Below, in pieces: positions 1 through 8,608 of a DNA stretch of 64,000 nt. Positions within the stretch are counted from its first letter, which is position 1; the number at the start of each line of letters is the position of its first letter. The notes beneath the pieces are model-generated. The model was not told the origin of the DNA. It saw nothing but the letters and a program-made list of their open reading frames with translations, and ran no database searches. The DNA is taken from the IMG/VR virus record IMGVR_UViG_3300042540_001822, positions 62,001-126,000 of that record; one strand, 5' to 3'. The position numbers and the translations under genes were made by a program.

Positions 1-122
1 ATATAAGTGTTAGGTTGTGTCCAATCAATGGGGGAACCGTCTTTTGTGAGTTTTGAAAAATCACCAGTTGCTGTGATAATTGGATTGGTTCCAAAATTTT
101 CGAATAATTTAATGTGTTTCAT
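1..122 (-). CDS. Partial hypothetical protein with MKHIKLFENF leader (runs off the window)
   Basis: Read by hand: ATG at 122 gives MKHIKLFENFGTNPIITATGDF...; GATATATA motif upstream (139-146, minus); same leader as 177..551. Confidence 0.8.
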   Translation of the reverse strand, partial: MKHIKLFENFGTNPIITATGDFSKLTKDGSPIDWTQPNTY

Positions 123-176
123 TTTTTTGTTTTTTTTTTATATATCTAAATGTGAGGAAGAATTTTTGGTTGGTTT

Positions 177-551
177 CTATTTCAGATTCTTGGCAATAAC
201 TTCCCATTGATTTAAAATCTCTTCCATCATATTTGTGCCATTTTTCAAAATTGCGTAGTAGCATTCTTCATATCTCAGTTCCTCAAGATTCTCCTCCAAT
301 TCACTCACAGATTTAACCAAACCATGTGAAAGATTTTCCAAAAAATTTTCCCAATTTCTTTCAATGGGTGCATTGTTGTAGGATTTCACTTGTTCTAGGG
401 TTTTCTGCCATACAGATTCTTCTGCTTCTTGCAAAGTTAGAAAAGTTCCAACCGGATCTTTCTCACCCCTATATAAATTGTAGTACATAACAAGGAATGG
501 TCCTGAATTAGATGAAGCCCCAAAATTTTCGAATAATTCTACGTGTTTCAT
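177..551 (-). CDS. Hypothetical acidic protein with MKHVELFENF leader (putative head internal protein)
   Basis: ORF track; leader and upstream region near-duplicate those of the gene at 1..122. Confidence 0.75.
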   Translation of the reverse strand: MKHVELFENFGASSNSGPFLVMYYNLYRGEKDPVGTFLTLQEAEESVWQKTLEQVKSYNNAPIERNWENFLENLSHGLVKSVSELEENLEELRYEECYYAILKNGTNMMEEILNQWEVIAKNLK

Positions 552-617
552 TTTTTATTTTTTTTTTATATATCTAAATGTAAGAAAAAATTTTGGAGCA
601 AAAAAACCAAACCCCAC

Positions 618-644
618 AAAAAACCCGGTTTGAAGACCGGGTTC
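618..644. terminator. Intrinsic terminator hairpin (AACCCGGT-ttgaag-ACCGGGTT)
   Basis: Inverted repeat next to an A-run, downstream of 737..1153. Confidence 0.7.
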
Positions 645-736
645 TTAATTTTTGTATTTTAAAGTTTTGTTTTTTAATTTAAGTTCTCGTTAGCACTGCG
701 TATATACGCAAAACGTTATAAGTAATAAAACAAAAA

Positions 737-1153
737 TTATGAGTTTATTATATTAATTAACGATTTCTTACAATTTTCAATAACTTCATTTGAGACATAT
801 TCATCTTTGTATGTTTTTAATTCGTCCAGGTAGAATTTTGATAATTCTTTTAACCCTTCATCCGAAGTTAGAAATCTATAACCGATCCTTCCAAGTTCAT
901 AATCAAAATCATTATCACCCTGATTTATTTTAATAAACTTAATTAAGAAATCTTTATCAAAATTACCTTCATTTGGTTTTACTTTATATCGTTGAACTCC
1001 ACCATATAATCCTTCGTATATGGATTCAAATAAATCATGAATTCCCATCATACCTGTAAAAAAATCAATAATAATATTATTATAATTCATACTTTCTTGT
1101 TTTAGTTGTTCGTTAATAAACTGACTTAGAGTTCTTTTAATATTCTTTTTCAT
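737..1153 (-). CDS. Hypothetical protein, leader ...LSQFINE
   Basis: ORF track; leader ends in FINE. Confidence 0.7.
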   Translation of the reverse strand: MKKNIKRTLSQFINEQLKQESMNYNNIIIDFFTGMMGIHDLFESIYEGLYGGVQRYKVKPNEGNFDKDFLIKFIKINQGDNDFDYELGRIGYRFLTSDEGLKELSKFYLDELKTYKDEYVSNEVIENCKKSLINIINS

Positions 1154-1186
1154 ATTTATTATTTTTATATGTATAGTTTTAATTTT

Positions 1187-1534
1187 TTACCCACCCACTT
1201 TTGAAATAGATGTTTTAGTTGCCCCACATTTAAAACCATCATCAAAAATCAAATTTACCATAGCACTATCATTTTTACCTCGTTCTACCCAAGTTACAGT
1301 TGCTATATCACCAGATAATGCCTTATCATATAACCCATCATGTTGTCCAGCCATATGTATTTCTCTTTTAAAATGTTTGCCTAACGCTTTTTTCATCATT
1401 TTTTCGTAGCTTTCCATTTGATTTTTAATGATTTCAGGATTGACTAAAACCTTATCACCTTTTTTAAAATCAGTAGTTATTTCTTCATTCAAGAATTGTT
1501 GCCAGTTCTTTACTTTGTTTATTTGTTCTCCCAT
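1187..1534 (-). CDS. Hypothetical protein, leader ...WQQFLNE
   Basis: ORF track. Confidence 0.7.
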   Translation of the reverse strand: MGEQINKVKNWQQFLNEEITTDFKKGDKVLVNPEIIKNQMESYEKMMKKALGKHFKREIHMAGQHDGLYDKALSGDIATVTWVERGKNDSAMVNLIFDDGFKCGATKTSISKVGG

Positions 1535-1617
1535 TTTTTGCTATTATTTTTATTTTTTATGTATCTAAATGTAATTAAGAATTTTTGACCAAAAAAATCA
1601 AACCCCATTTTTACAAT

Positions 1618-1935
1618 CTAGAAATCGGAATCCTTGGAAACTGTGTTACCTTCTTTGGTTCCAAAATAATAGGAAAAGATCATAAGAACCAAAGTTCTAA
1701 TTAAATCAAAAAGCTGGTCGCTTTGTTCTGGTGAAAGTAGGGATACTTTCCATGCAATTGTTTTATCCACAATAAACAAAGCAACCAAAGAGGTAAAAAT
1801 AACTAAAATGTATCTTACCAAAATTTCTTTGGTGCTTTTAGCAAACATCCTATAAACAAAAAAGGATGTGCCTAAGATAAATCCTAGAGCCATGAAAATC
1901 CCTAGCATCATAATGGTGGGAGAAGAGGAAAACAT
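1618..1935 (-). CDS. Small membrane protein (3 TM; holin-like)
   Basis: Three hydrophobic segments, ending SYYFG followed by a charged tail. Confidence 0.55.
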   Translation of the reverse strand: MFSSSPTIMMLGIFMALGFILGTSFFVYRMFAKSTKEILVRYILVIFTSLVALFIVDKTIAWKVSLLSPEQSDQLFDLIRTLVLMIFSYYFGTKEGNTVSKDSDF

Positions 1936-1947
1936 GGATTATATATC

Positions 1948-1980
1948 AAAAAAAAAGACCCAAACTTTCGTTTGGGTCTG
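1948..1980 (-). terminator. Intrinsic terminator
   Basis: AGACCCAAAC-tttc-GTTTGGGTCT hairpin with a U-tract on the minus strand. Confidence 0.75.
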
Positions 1981-2003
1981 GCGTCAATTTTAATTCTTTT
2001 TTT

Positions 2004-2270
2004 TTAAATCTGACCTTCTGGCTGGGGAGAATTAAGACCCAACAGATGGCGTGAAGACTCTAATAGATTAAGGTAGGCTTTTTCTCCCATTTCCTCTTTC
2101 AATTGTTTTACAAGTACTTTTAGTAGCATTTGCTTTTGCCACTTGATGTAGGCATCCTCGGAGTTTTTGATTTCTTGATGCACCCCGAGGATCCGATTCC
2201 ACAGATAATTTGAAGTTTCAGACATTTGTTTTTGGTTTGGTGAAACAAGGTTTTGATTTAATGAAGGCAA
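2004..2270 (-). CDS. Hypothetical protein (true start probably MSETSN)
   Basis: ORF track; TACTTTTG box at 2268-2275 overlaps the annotated start. Confidence 0.65.
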   Translation of the reverse strand: MPSLNQNLVSPNQKQMSETSNYLWNRILGVHQEIKNSEDAYIKWQKQMLLKVLVKQLKEEMGEKAYLNLLESSRHLLGLNSPQPEGQI

Positions 2271-2447
2271 AAGTAACCCAAAATGTTTAAAAATGTTTAT
2301 ATTTTGTTTAAAATATTTATTCAGTTAACAATTCAACCTTTTGTTTGTTTAACTTTTTACTTTAAAAGTTAAACAGGATTTGGATTTCCCGGGTCCCTGC
2401 TCGGTTTTGGATACATCCAGCACGGGAATTCAAACTGGACTACCCCA

Positions 2448-2475
2448 CAAAAAAAGTGCTCCCTGAGGAGCACTT
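2448..2475 (-). terminator. Intrinsic terminator
   Basis: AAGTGCTC-cctgag-GAGCACTT hairpin plus A-run. Confidence 0.7.
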
Positions 2476-2545
2476 CCAAAAGTCAATAACCCTTTAGAAA
2501 TAAACTTTTGTAACCTGACTGCCGATGCAACAGTCAGATGTGGGA

Positions 2546-2869
2546 TTACGCCAAAACCTCTTGGGCGTGTGTGGCGTTGGTGTAGAAAGTACGGGTTGAA
2601 CCGTCTTTCCGAACTCTTACCAGCTGTGTGCCAGTAGAATCAGTAGCCTGTAGAAAATCTAAAATGACCTCAGAGCCTGGACGCATACGAGCTGGCTTTT
2701 CTGTGTTCAGTGCTTTGGTTGGGAAAACATTGAGATGATTTTGTGTCGTCAGCTTCAATGTCTTCTGAGCCATTTCAGTTACTTCTTGACTAACGGATTT
2801 TTTGCTCGCAGCTTTTACTGTACGAGCTGGTGATGGGGTGATTGGGGTTTTCGATTTTGCTTTCGGCAT
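2546..2869 (-). CDS. Basic hypothetical protein
   Basis: ORF track; K/A/T/S-rich N-terminus; TATGTTTG box at 2908-2915. Confidence 0.7.
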   Translation of the reverse strand: MPKAKSKTPITPSPARTVKAASKKSVSQEVTEMAQKTLKLTTQNHLNVFPTKALNTEKPARMRPGSEVILDFLQATDSTGTQLVRVRKDGSTRTFYTNATHAQEVLA

Positions 2870-3022
2870 TTGATTTTAGTTTAGGTGAAATGATTTTGAA
2901 AACAGGGCAAACATACGGTGTAAATTAAATAAAAACCCCGTTGTACAAAATTTTGTCGAAAAAAAATTTATAGGATTCAAAACCCCCTCCCGCGCCGGGT
3001 GTATCTTACTAACATAACATCT

Positions 3023-3409
3023 TTAAAGAATACCAGACCTAAAAAAGAAAGGATCCCCTGTTAGAATTCCTTGTGCCAAATTTCGTCTAATAATAAACGA
3101 TCCTTCTTCTAATGTCTTTACTTTCATTGGCGGGTATTCCAAATCATTAACCATTCTCAAAGGCATTACCATAGGCCTTGTTGACAACATGGTTTTTTCC
3201 CAAATATCAGAAATTAAAATTTGAAACCTTTCTTGGAGGTCCAAATTTGTGTCTTGAGATTCCAGTAAAAAGTTTAAACTTCTGATTGGACCGAAGTGTG
3301 AATTAACAAACGAAATAAGTGTTGGGCTTGGAGTTGATGAGATCATATAATTTTTTATTTGATCCAAAGGTAAAAAGAAAATTAAGGAATAAAAAATGAA
3401 ACCCCACAA
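3023..3409 (-). CDS. Hypothetical protein (start probably MISSTP)
   Basis: ORF track. Confidence 0.55.
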   Translation of the reverse strand: MWGFIFYSLIFFLPLDQIKNYMISSTPSPTLISFVNSHFGPIRSLNFLLESQDTNLDLQERFQILISDIWEKTMLSTRPMVMPLRMVNDLEYPPMKVKTLEEGSFIIRRNLAQGILTGDPFFFRSGIL

Positions 3410-3452
3410 AAAGGGCCAGACTTTTGCCTGGCCCTTGGAGGTGGAAGTCTGA

Positions 3453-4043
3453 TTACTTCCGGTTCAAACCAAGTCCTTGAAGAACCATGGTGTTGGTTGG
3501 GCGATTTTCCATGTGGAGAAAAGCCATGTCCAAAACCTCTTCTGACAGGTACCAACCATCAATCACCCTGGAAACAAATCCTGGGGATTTCTTGCAGATG
3601 TCAGAGATTGACTTGATGTCACCTCTCTGCAACCTTTGGTTGACAAAGGCAAGTTTGAAGGTGTACTTGTTGTACCCATTCATCTTTGACTTCTCCTTTG
3701 GCTTCCGGCCCCTTTTTGGGGTAGATGGAGCAATTGGGAAAAGGGTGGCAACTGGAGGTTCTGGAATTTGAACCTTGGGTTTCTCTGCCACCTTAACCAA
3801 TTTTGGTTTGCGAGCAGGCTTGGTGTCGAACTTCTTGATGGAACCTTCAACCTGGGACTTGGTGGATCTTTTGATCCTGCCTTTCAAACCCAGAATCAAT
3901 TTCCGGGAATAAATGGAGGTGAGGGTTCTGCCAAAGAAGTTGGCGATTTCCGCGGAGGAAAATCCTCCTGCGACCATGTTCTTCAGTTGGGTGTCCTGCT
4001 CAGGAGTCCAACGAGAATGATGGGTTTGGGGTCTTTTTGCCAT
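3453..4043 (-). CDS. Two-HTH DNA-binding protein (N-terminal Myb/GcrA-like HTH, C-terminal HTH)
   Basis: RWTPEQDTQLKNMVAGGFSSAEIANFFGRT; C-terminal RGDIKSISDICKKSPGFVSRVI resembles 31428..31631; start moved to MAKRPQ behind TATATTTG at 4086-4093. Confidence 0.65.
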   Translation of the reverse strand: MAKRPQTHHSRWTPEQDTQLKNMVAGGFSSAEIANFFGRTLTSIYSRKLILGLKGRIKRSTKSQVEGSIKKFDTKPARKPKLVKVAEKPKVQIPEPPVATLFPIAPSTPKRGRKPKEKSKMNGYNKYTFKLAFVNQRLQRGDIKSISDICKKSPGFVSRVIDGWYLSEEVLDMAFLHMENRPTNTMVLQGLGLNRK

Positions 4044-4085
4044 ACGTGATGGGTTTAAAGGGTGGAAGAAATAAAATTGACAAGG

Positions 4086-4093
4086 CAAATATA
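4086..4093 (-). promoter_or_regulatory. Bacteroidota-type -7 promoter box TAnnTTTG (representative copy)
   Basis: Also at 2268, 2908, 7717, 9228, 55867, 58894, 61428 (minus) and 20875 (plus), each just upstream of a gene start. Confidence 0.7.
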
Positions 4094-4240
4094 CGATGGT
4101 TTGATTGATAAAAAAAACAAATTTACCAAAAATGCCATTAAAAAATAAAAAAAAATTTATTAATGGACTTAACTTGTTGTAAATGAACAACTTAAGAAAA
4201 CCAGCAAATTAAATTTTTTTTCTGTGCCTACGACAAACAA

Positions 4241-4549
4241 TTATAATAGTTGAATTTCCTTTTTTACATCTAACCAAAATTGGTAGTTACCGAACTCCTC
4301 TTTTAATTTTCCGTTTTCTTCCAAGTAATTCACTATTGGCTCAAATTCAATAGCACTATCTCCAAAAGCTTTTCGCCATTGAGCAACGGTCACCATTTGG
4401 TTATCTTCCATTCCGTCAATTCTAAAAAATCCATAGTGAGCATCTAACCACTTGCCCTCTACAACATGACCACTTAAGTTTGTGAATTTGAATTTAAGTG
4501 AGTTAAATCCTTTTTCTTTAGCATATTCTTGTAGTTCTAAAATTCTCAT
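4241..4549 (-). CDS. Hypothetical protein (start MRILEL)
   Basis: ORF track; the longer upstream extension runs through the repeat element. Confidence 0.7.
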   Translation of the reverse strand: MRILELQEYAKEKGFNSLKFKFTNLSGHVVEGKWLDAHYGFFRIDGMEDNQMVTVAQWRKAFGDSAIEFEPIVNYLEENGKLKEEFGNYQFWLDVKKEIQLL

Positions 4550-4607
4550 TTTAATTGGGTTAGGGGTTGGGCGTGGATGAATGTGCGAGTTATCGGCAAC
4601 CCTACGA

Positions 4608-4868
4608 CTACTCTGTAGCAAGTTTTATAGCATTGACTAAAGGCATTACTCCTTCGCCTCCATTTTGAGAAAGCATAAATTCAGGATAACGACCTTCATC
4701 TGCCAATTTCTTAAATTGTTCTTTTGCCCATTCACAAGCAGCAAGTAATTCATCAGCTACTTTCTTATCTACATACTCGCCTGTTTGGTCATTTGGTTTA
4801 CTTACTTTGTATCCTACAAATAATTGCGGGCTGTAAGTTAATTTTAAAGGTTCTTTACAATTGTTCAT
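4608..4868 (-). CDS. Cassette hypothetical protein
   Basis: Lies between GTTATCGGC (4589) and GCCGATAAC (4910). Confidence 0.7.
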   Translation of the reverse strand: MNNCKEPLKLTYSPQLFVGYKVSKPNDQTGEYVDKKVADELLAACEWAKEQFKKLADEGRYPEFMLSQNGGEGVMPLVNAIKLATE

Positions 4869-5223
4869 TTTATGTTTGTTTTTAAGTTAATAATTCCGAA
4901 AGAAGGGCAGCCGATAACAGCACCTACCAAAAAGGTGGGGGTTGGGGGGTTAGACAAATATGCGAGTTATAAGCAATTATTTTGCCTCAATACCATCCCA
5001 ACAAGACTTACAGCAGTATCCATCAAACTTTTTGTTGTTATGAAAGGTGTGACAGTTACGGCAAAATAACTGTCCGCTTCGCCTTATAACAACAGGTTTG
5101 TGAAATAAACCGCTTTCGATTTGTCCGTAAGTTGGTAGTGATTTGAATGTTCTGTTATTCTTCATATATTTCGTTGTTAAATGTTTACTTCACAAACCTG
5201 CAAACCGTTAGCAGAAATAAAAA

Positions 5224-5379
5224 TTACTCCTGCAATGCTTCCAACTCATATCGTACCAAAGCCATTTCGTCAATTGCTCTGATTTGTTCTTCAATCTTTT
5301 CACGTTCTTTAATCAATCTGATTATTTCTTCGTTGTCTGTTACTTTTGTCCAATCTATCATGTCAGTAATTTTTATCAT
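5224..5379 (-). CDS. Small hypothetical protein MIKITDMIDWTKV...
   Basis: 51-codon ORF read by hand (below the track cutoff). Confidence 0.6.
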   Translation of the reverse strand: MIKITDMIDWTKVTDNEEIIRLIKEREKIEEQIRAIDEMALVRYELEALQE

Positions 5380-5894
5380 TTGTGTTTAATTTTGTATTAG
5401 TGCGCTCTAAACAGAATTTACAATTCCCTTTGTGGGTTAATACTACCAATCAATTTCAATCGAATATTCACCTGCTTCAATTAAACCTCTTTTATAAAGG
5501 TCATTTGCAACAGTATGTATGTCTGGATAAAAATTTCTATCCCACCATAACTTAATACCATAGTCGGTTCTACCAGCAACAGGTTCATTAGGGTCACGTT
5601 CTAACCACTTTTCAAATTTTACACCCATAGTTTTACCATTTATTATTTCAGGTATTTCATCATTCATTTCATCATCACGAGTGTATTCACTTGGTATTGT
5701 AAGATGGAATATTCCCCTTGACCAACAACCATTTTGTTGTTGAAAACTATACGGCTTACCGTAAGTGTCTGAAACTAATTTATTCCAATCACTCACTTCA
5801 ATCATTTTTACATTTTTAATTTTTATCATTTGTGTTTAATTTTGTATTAGTGCGCTCTAAACAGAATTTACAATTCCCTTTGTGGGTTAATACT
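5367..5894. repeat. 78-bp perfect direct repeat (5367-5444 and 5817-5894)
   Basis: Identical taatttttatcatttgtg...gtgggttaatact flanking gene 5443..5829. Confidence 0.9.
5443..5829 (-). CDS. Hypothetical phage protein
   Basis: ORF track. Confidence 0.75.
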   Translation of the reverse strand: MIKIKNVKMIEVSDWNKLVSDTYGKPYSFQQQNGCWSRGIFHLTIPSEYTRDDEMNDEIPEIINGKTMGVKFEKWLERDPNEPVAGRTDYGIKLWWDRNFYPDIHTVANDLYKRGLIEAGEYSIEIDW

Positions 5895-6130
5895 GTTTGG
5901 TTACCCCAATCGCCAAGTAAATACTCGCAACTATCTACCTCTACTATTATTAATGGGTCTTTGTCTTTTCTTACCACAAAGCCGGATGTGTTTACTTCGC
6001 GGCAACCGCAAGAAAGAATAGTCATTAGTAGTGTACTGATAAAGGGGAATGTTGGTTTCATAAGGTGAAATAAGCAATAAGACACAAGATGGCAAGCACA
6101 ACGAATAGTGCCAAAAAAACAGGTAAGCAC
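5816..6130 (-). CDS. Hypothetical (lipo)protein, probable start MKPTFPF
   Basis: Hydrophobic stretch with ILSC lipobox-like motif; VDSCEY...THKGNCKFC. Confidence 0.55.
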   Translation of the reverse strand: MLTCFFGTIRCACHLVSYCLFHLMKPTFPFISTLLMTILSCGCREVNTSGFVVRKDKDPLIIVEVDSCEYLLGDWGNQTVLTHKGNCKFCLERTNTKLNTNDKN

Positions 6131-6216
6131 CCGTATTCTTCAATCATGTGACCGATGGCGTTTAACTGGGATAGAATCATGGGTTTAGGGGTTTGGGGGT
6201 TAGACAAATATGCGAG

Positions 6217-6450
6217 TTATACGCAACCTTGACGAAAAACAATCAACTGACTGCGACATTCTTCATAAAGCCCATAATCATAGTCATCTCCTTTTCTTGA
6301 TTTGTTTAAAAAGAAATCTACTGCGACTATTCCACTTTCAATTGCTAATAATCTATGGGCTTTCATATCACCCACTCCAAATTGTGCTATTAAAAAACTA
6401 TCAATCAATGATTGTGCTATTTCTTTTGCGTGTTCTGTTCTGTTGTACAT
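6217..6450 (-). CDS. Cassette hypothetical protein
   Basis: Its stop codon is supplied by the GTTA core at 6216. Confidence 0.7.
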   Translation of the reverse strand: MYNRTEHAKEIAQSLIDSFLIAQFGVGDMKAHRLLAIESGIVAVDFFLNKSRKGDDYDYGLYEECRSQLIVFRQGCV

Positions 6451-6561
6451 ATTTATTTTGTTTTAAAATTATAATCAAAAAGGCTGCTTATAACAGCAGT
6501 TTGGCAAGATGTGGGGGTTGGGGGAAGGAAAACTGGACAAATAAAGGAGTTACCTGCAAGG

Positions 6562-6936
6562 CTACGAAACTGCATAGACAGACATTCCTATAATAACCAG
6601 AGCGTGTAACAATTGGTCAAATCCAAACACAATCCAATGCCATTTATTAGCAGGTGATTGTAGTGAAGGAAACCAGCCATTCATTCTACCTTTCCAAACA
6701 TCAATTATAAAGTGTGTTACCCATTGGAATATTACTAAGTAAGCCCAATCGTTTGTAAAGCCAATAAACCATCCTAAAACAAGCGACATTAACATAGTGT
6801 GCATTGCAGCGTGAATGAATATTGGAAACAATGGCTTTCCAAGTCGCTTTGCATTAAGCATCCAAGCATTTGATAAATGTGTGTAATCTGCTAAAAAATG
6901 GCAGATAAATAATCCGATTAAAATTTGTGTTTGCAT
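6562..6936 (-). CDS. DUF3307-like membrane protein
   Basis: HFLADY...H...THFIID...GFDQLLH motif pattern. Confidence 0.8.
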   Translation of the reverse strand: MQTQILIGLFICHFLADYTHLSNAWMLNAKRLGKPLFPIFIHAAMHTMLMSLVLGWFIGFTNDWAYLVIFQWVTHFIIDVWKGRMNGWFPSLQSPANKWHWIVFGFDQLLHALVIIGMSVYAVS

Positions 6937-6998
6937 TTGTATTTTAAATTAAATCGTTTAGGGGTTGGACAAATAAACGAGTTAGTGATAATTAAAAA

Positions 6999-7247
6999 TC
7001 ACAAAATTGTACAATTTTCAATTTCATAAACCTTTGGATGTTTTTCTTTTAGTTTATTTATAGCATTTTCATAATTTTCAGCATAAATTAATTCATAACA
7101 AATTGGATATTCGTCACCAATACCTAAACTAAAAGAAAGTAAATAAATATTAACCTTTTGTGAATTTTGTGATTTTTCACTCTCCCTAACATCAGATATA
7201 TTCAATTCCGAGTTTTCTTTAAAACTCTTAATTATGTTCTTTTCCAT
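6999..7247 (-). CDS. Cassette hypothetical protein
   Basis: Reads across the TAAC core (LNISDVRES). Confidence 0.65.
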   Translation of the reverse strand: MEKNIIKSFKENSELNISDVRESEKSQNSQKVNIYLLSFSLGIGDEYPICYELIYAENYENAINKLKEKHPKVYEIENCTIL

Positions 7248-7272
7248 ATTCTATATTTTTTATCATCAACCG

Positions 7273-7680
7273 TTATGAGAAATGTTTTGTCAAAGCATCC
7301 TCTAATATTTGTATAGCTGTTTCTAATCCGCATTCCATCCCTTCTCTCCATTGTCCTTCACTATAATCTAATGGGGGTGATAATTGCCTACTACTTTCAA
7401 GTTGGCTTTGTAAATCTGCCAAAACACTTCTCATAACATCAGGTTGTTGCAATGTGGTTTCGGTGGTATGTGTTACATCTTCCATTTTAAGAAATTTTTC
7501 GTATTTTTCTTCCGTCATTCCGATTGCTTGTCTTTCCCATTCATGTTCACCTTGTTCACCATAAATTTCATATTCAGTCATAGGAGATTTTTTAACATCA
7601 TTGACCATAAAAATAAAAAAAGCAATTCCTATTAAAAGGAGAACAACCAATCCAATAACTGCTAGTAATGTGATATCCAT
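7273..7680 (-). CDS. Membrane-anchored hypothetical protein spanning an attC-like core
   Basis: N-terminal TM; LQQPDVMRS crosses TTCTCATAAC; stop from GTTA at 7272. Confidence 0.7.
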   Translation of the reverse strand: MDITLLAVIGLVVLLLIGIAFFIFMVNDVKKSPMTEYEIYGEQGEHEWERQAIGMTEEKYEKFLKMEDVTHTTETTLQQPDVMRSVLADLQSQLESSRQLSPPLDYSEGQWREGMECGLETAIQILEDALTKHFS

Positions 7681-7825
7681 AAAATTTACTTAGTTTTATT
7701 TTCGTATTTGCGTTTGCAAATATACAAATAAGTTTCGAGATTTCCAAATCTTACCTACAAAAATACATCATATTCCTGGTGTGTGGATGAAGGGAAATTG
7801 GACAAATAAACGAGTTATAGCACAT

Positions 7826-7981
7826 TTAATTATCGCTTAACGACTGGCCGAAAACTATACAAGCTAAACATACAGGAAGATACCATTTCCAATTATCTGT
7901 TTGTGTTATCCAAAGCGATGATAAAATCATCCCACTTGTGATTATTGCAACTGTGTTTAAAAATTTCTTTACTTTTTTCAT
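7826..7981 (-). CDS. Small 2-TM cassette protein MKKVKKFLNTVAII...
   Basis: 51-codon ORF read by hand between cores 7814 and 8006. Confidence 0.55.
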   Translation of the reverse strand: MKKVKKFLNTVAIITSGMILSSLWITQTDNWKWYLPVCLACIVFGQSLSDN

Positions 7982-8066
7982 CGTTTTAAAATTAACGCCT
8001 TATAACAGCAAATTTGGAAAATGTAAAAATTGGTTTCATGGGTTAGGGGTTGGGCGAATGTGCGAG

Positions 8067-8306
8067 TTAGGTGCAAGGCTCTGCCAACCATCCACCACAA
8101 GCAGACCAAACCACCCAACCACCATAAGCAACGTGCATACCGCCAAAAAACTTTGAAACAGATACAGACCAAGTGAAGTAACCTTCTTCAAGTGTTTGTC
8201 CTGTATCAAAATGTTTAAACTTATTACCCAAATGTTTTTTGGCTCGTTCCAAGACAAAAGCCCTGCAACTAACACGGGTTTGGCAAGATTGAGGGGTTGG
8301 TTTCAT
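8067..8306 (-). CDS. Cassette hypothetical protein
   Basis: Starts in the G-rich spacer, crosses the TAAC core, stops at GTTA 8066. Confidence 0.5.
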   Translation of the reverse strand: MKPTPQSCQTRVSCRAFVLERAKKHLGNKFKHFDTGQTLEEGYFTWSVSVSKFFGGMHVAYGGWVVWSACGGWLAEPCT

Positions 8307-8365
8307 GGGTTAGGGGTTGGGGGTTGGGAAGGAAAACTGGACAAATAAACGAGTTATGTGCAATT

Positions 8366-8608
8366 TTAAGACACCCACTTATGACACCTTTTACAAGCGA
8401 TTTCTTTTGGCTCGTTAGTGTCAGGCGTGTATTTCCTATGTCCTACAATTTTGCACCATAAAGGCAAAAAAGTATCTTCAAACATTAGTTTGCGCTGGTG
8501 TTTTATTACAGACCAAAAACGGTCATAGTAATATTTTTTGTTGTCAGGATACTTTCTTGCTAATCGCAGTATCCAAAATAAATCGCAAGTTTCTCTTGAT
8601 GTTGACAT
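8366..8608 (-). CDS. Hypothetical protein with C-terminal CxxxGH...CxxC
   Basis: WCKIVGHRK...CKRCH. Confidence 0.65.
   Translation of the reverse strand: MSTSRETCDLFWILRLARKYPDNKKYYYDRFWSVIKHQRKLMFEDTFLPLWCKIVGHRKYTPDTNEPKEIACKRCHKWVS

Larger units (their letters stand above)
4557..8361 (+). mobile_element. Array of attC-like recombination sites and gene cassettes with antisense genes
   Basis: Alternating GTTA... (4589, 4966, 5207, 6216, 6549, 6981, 7272, 7814, 8066, 8353) and ...TAAC (ending 4918, 5090, 6494, 7190, 7437, 8006, 8273) cores; each TAAC end complements the preceding GTTA end. Confidence 0.65.
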
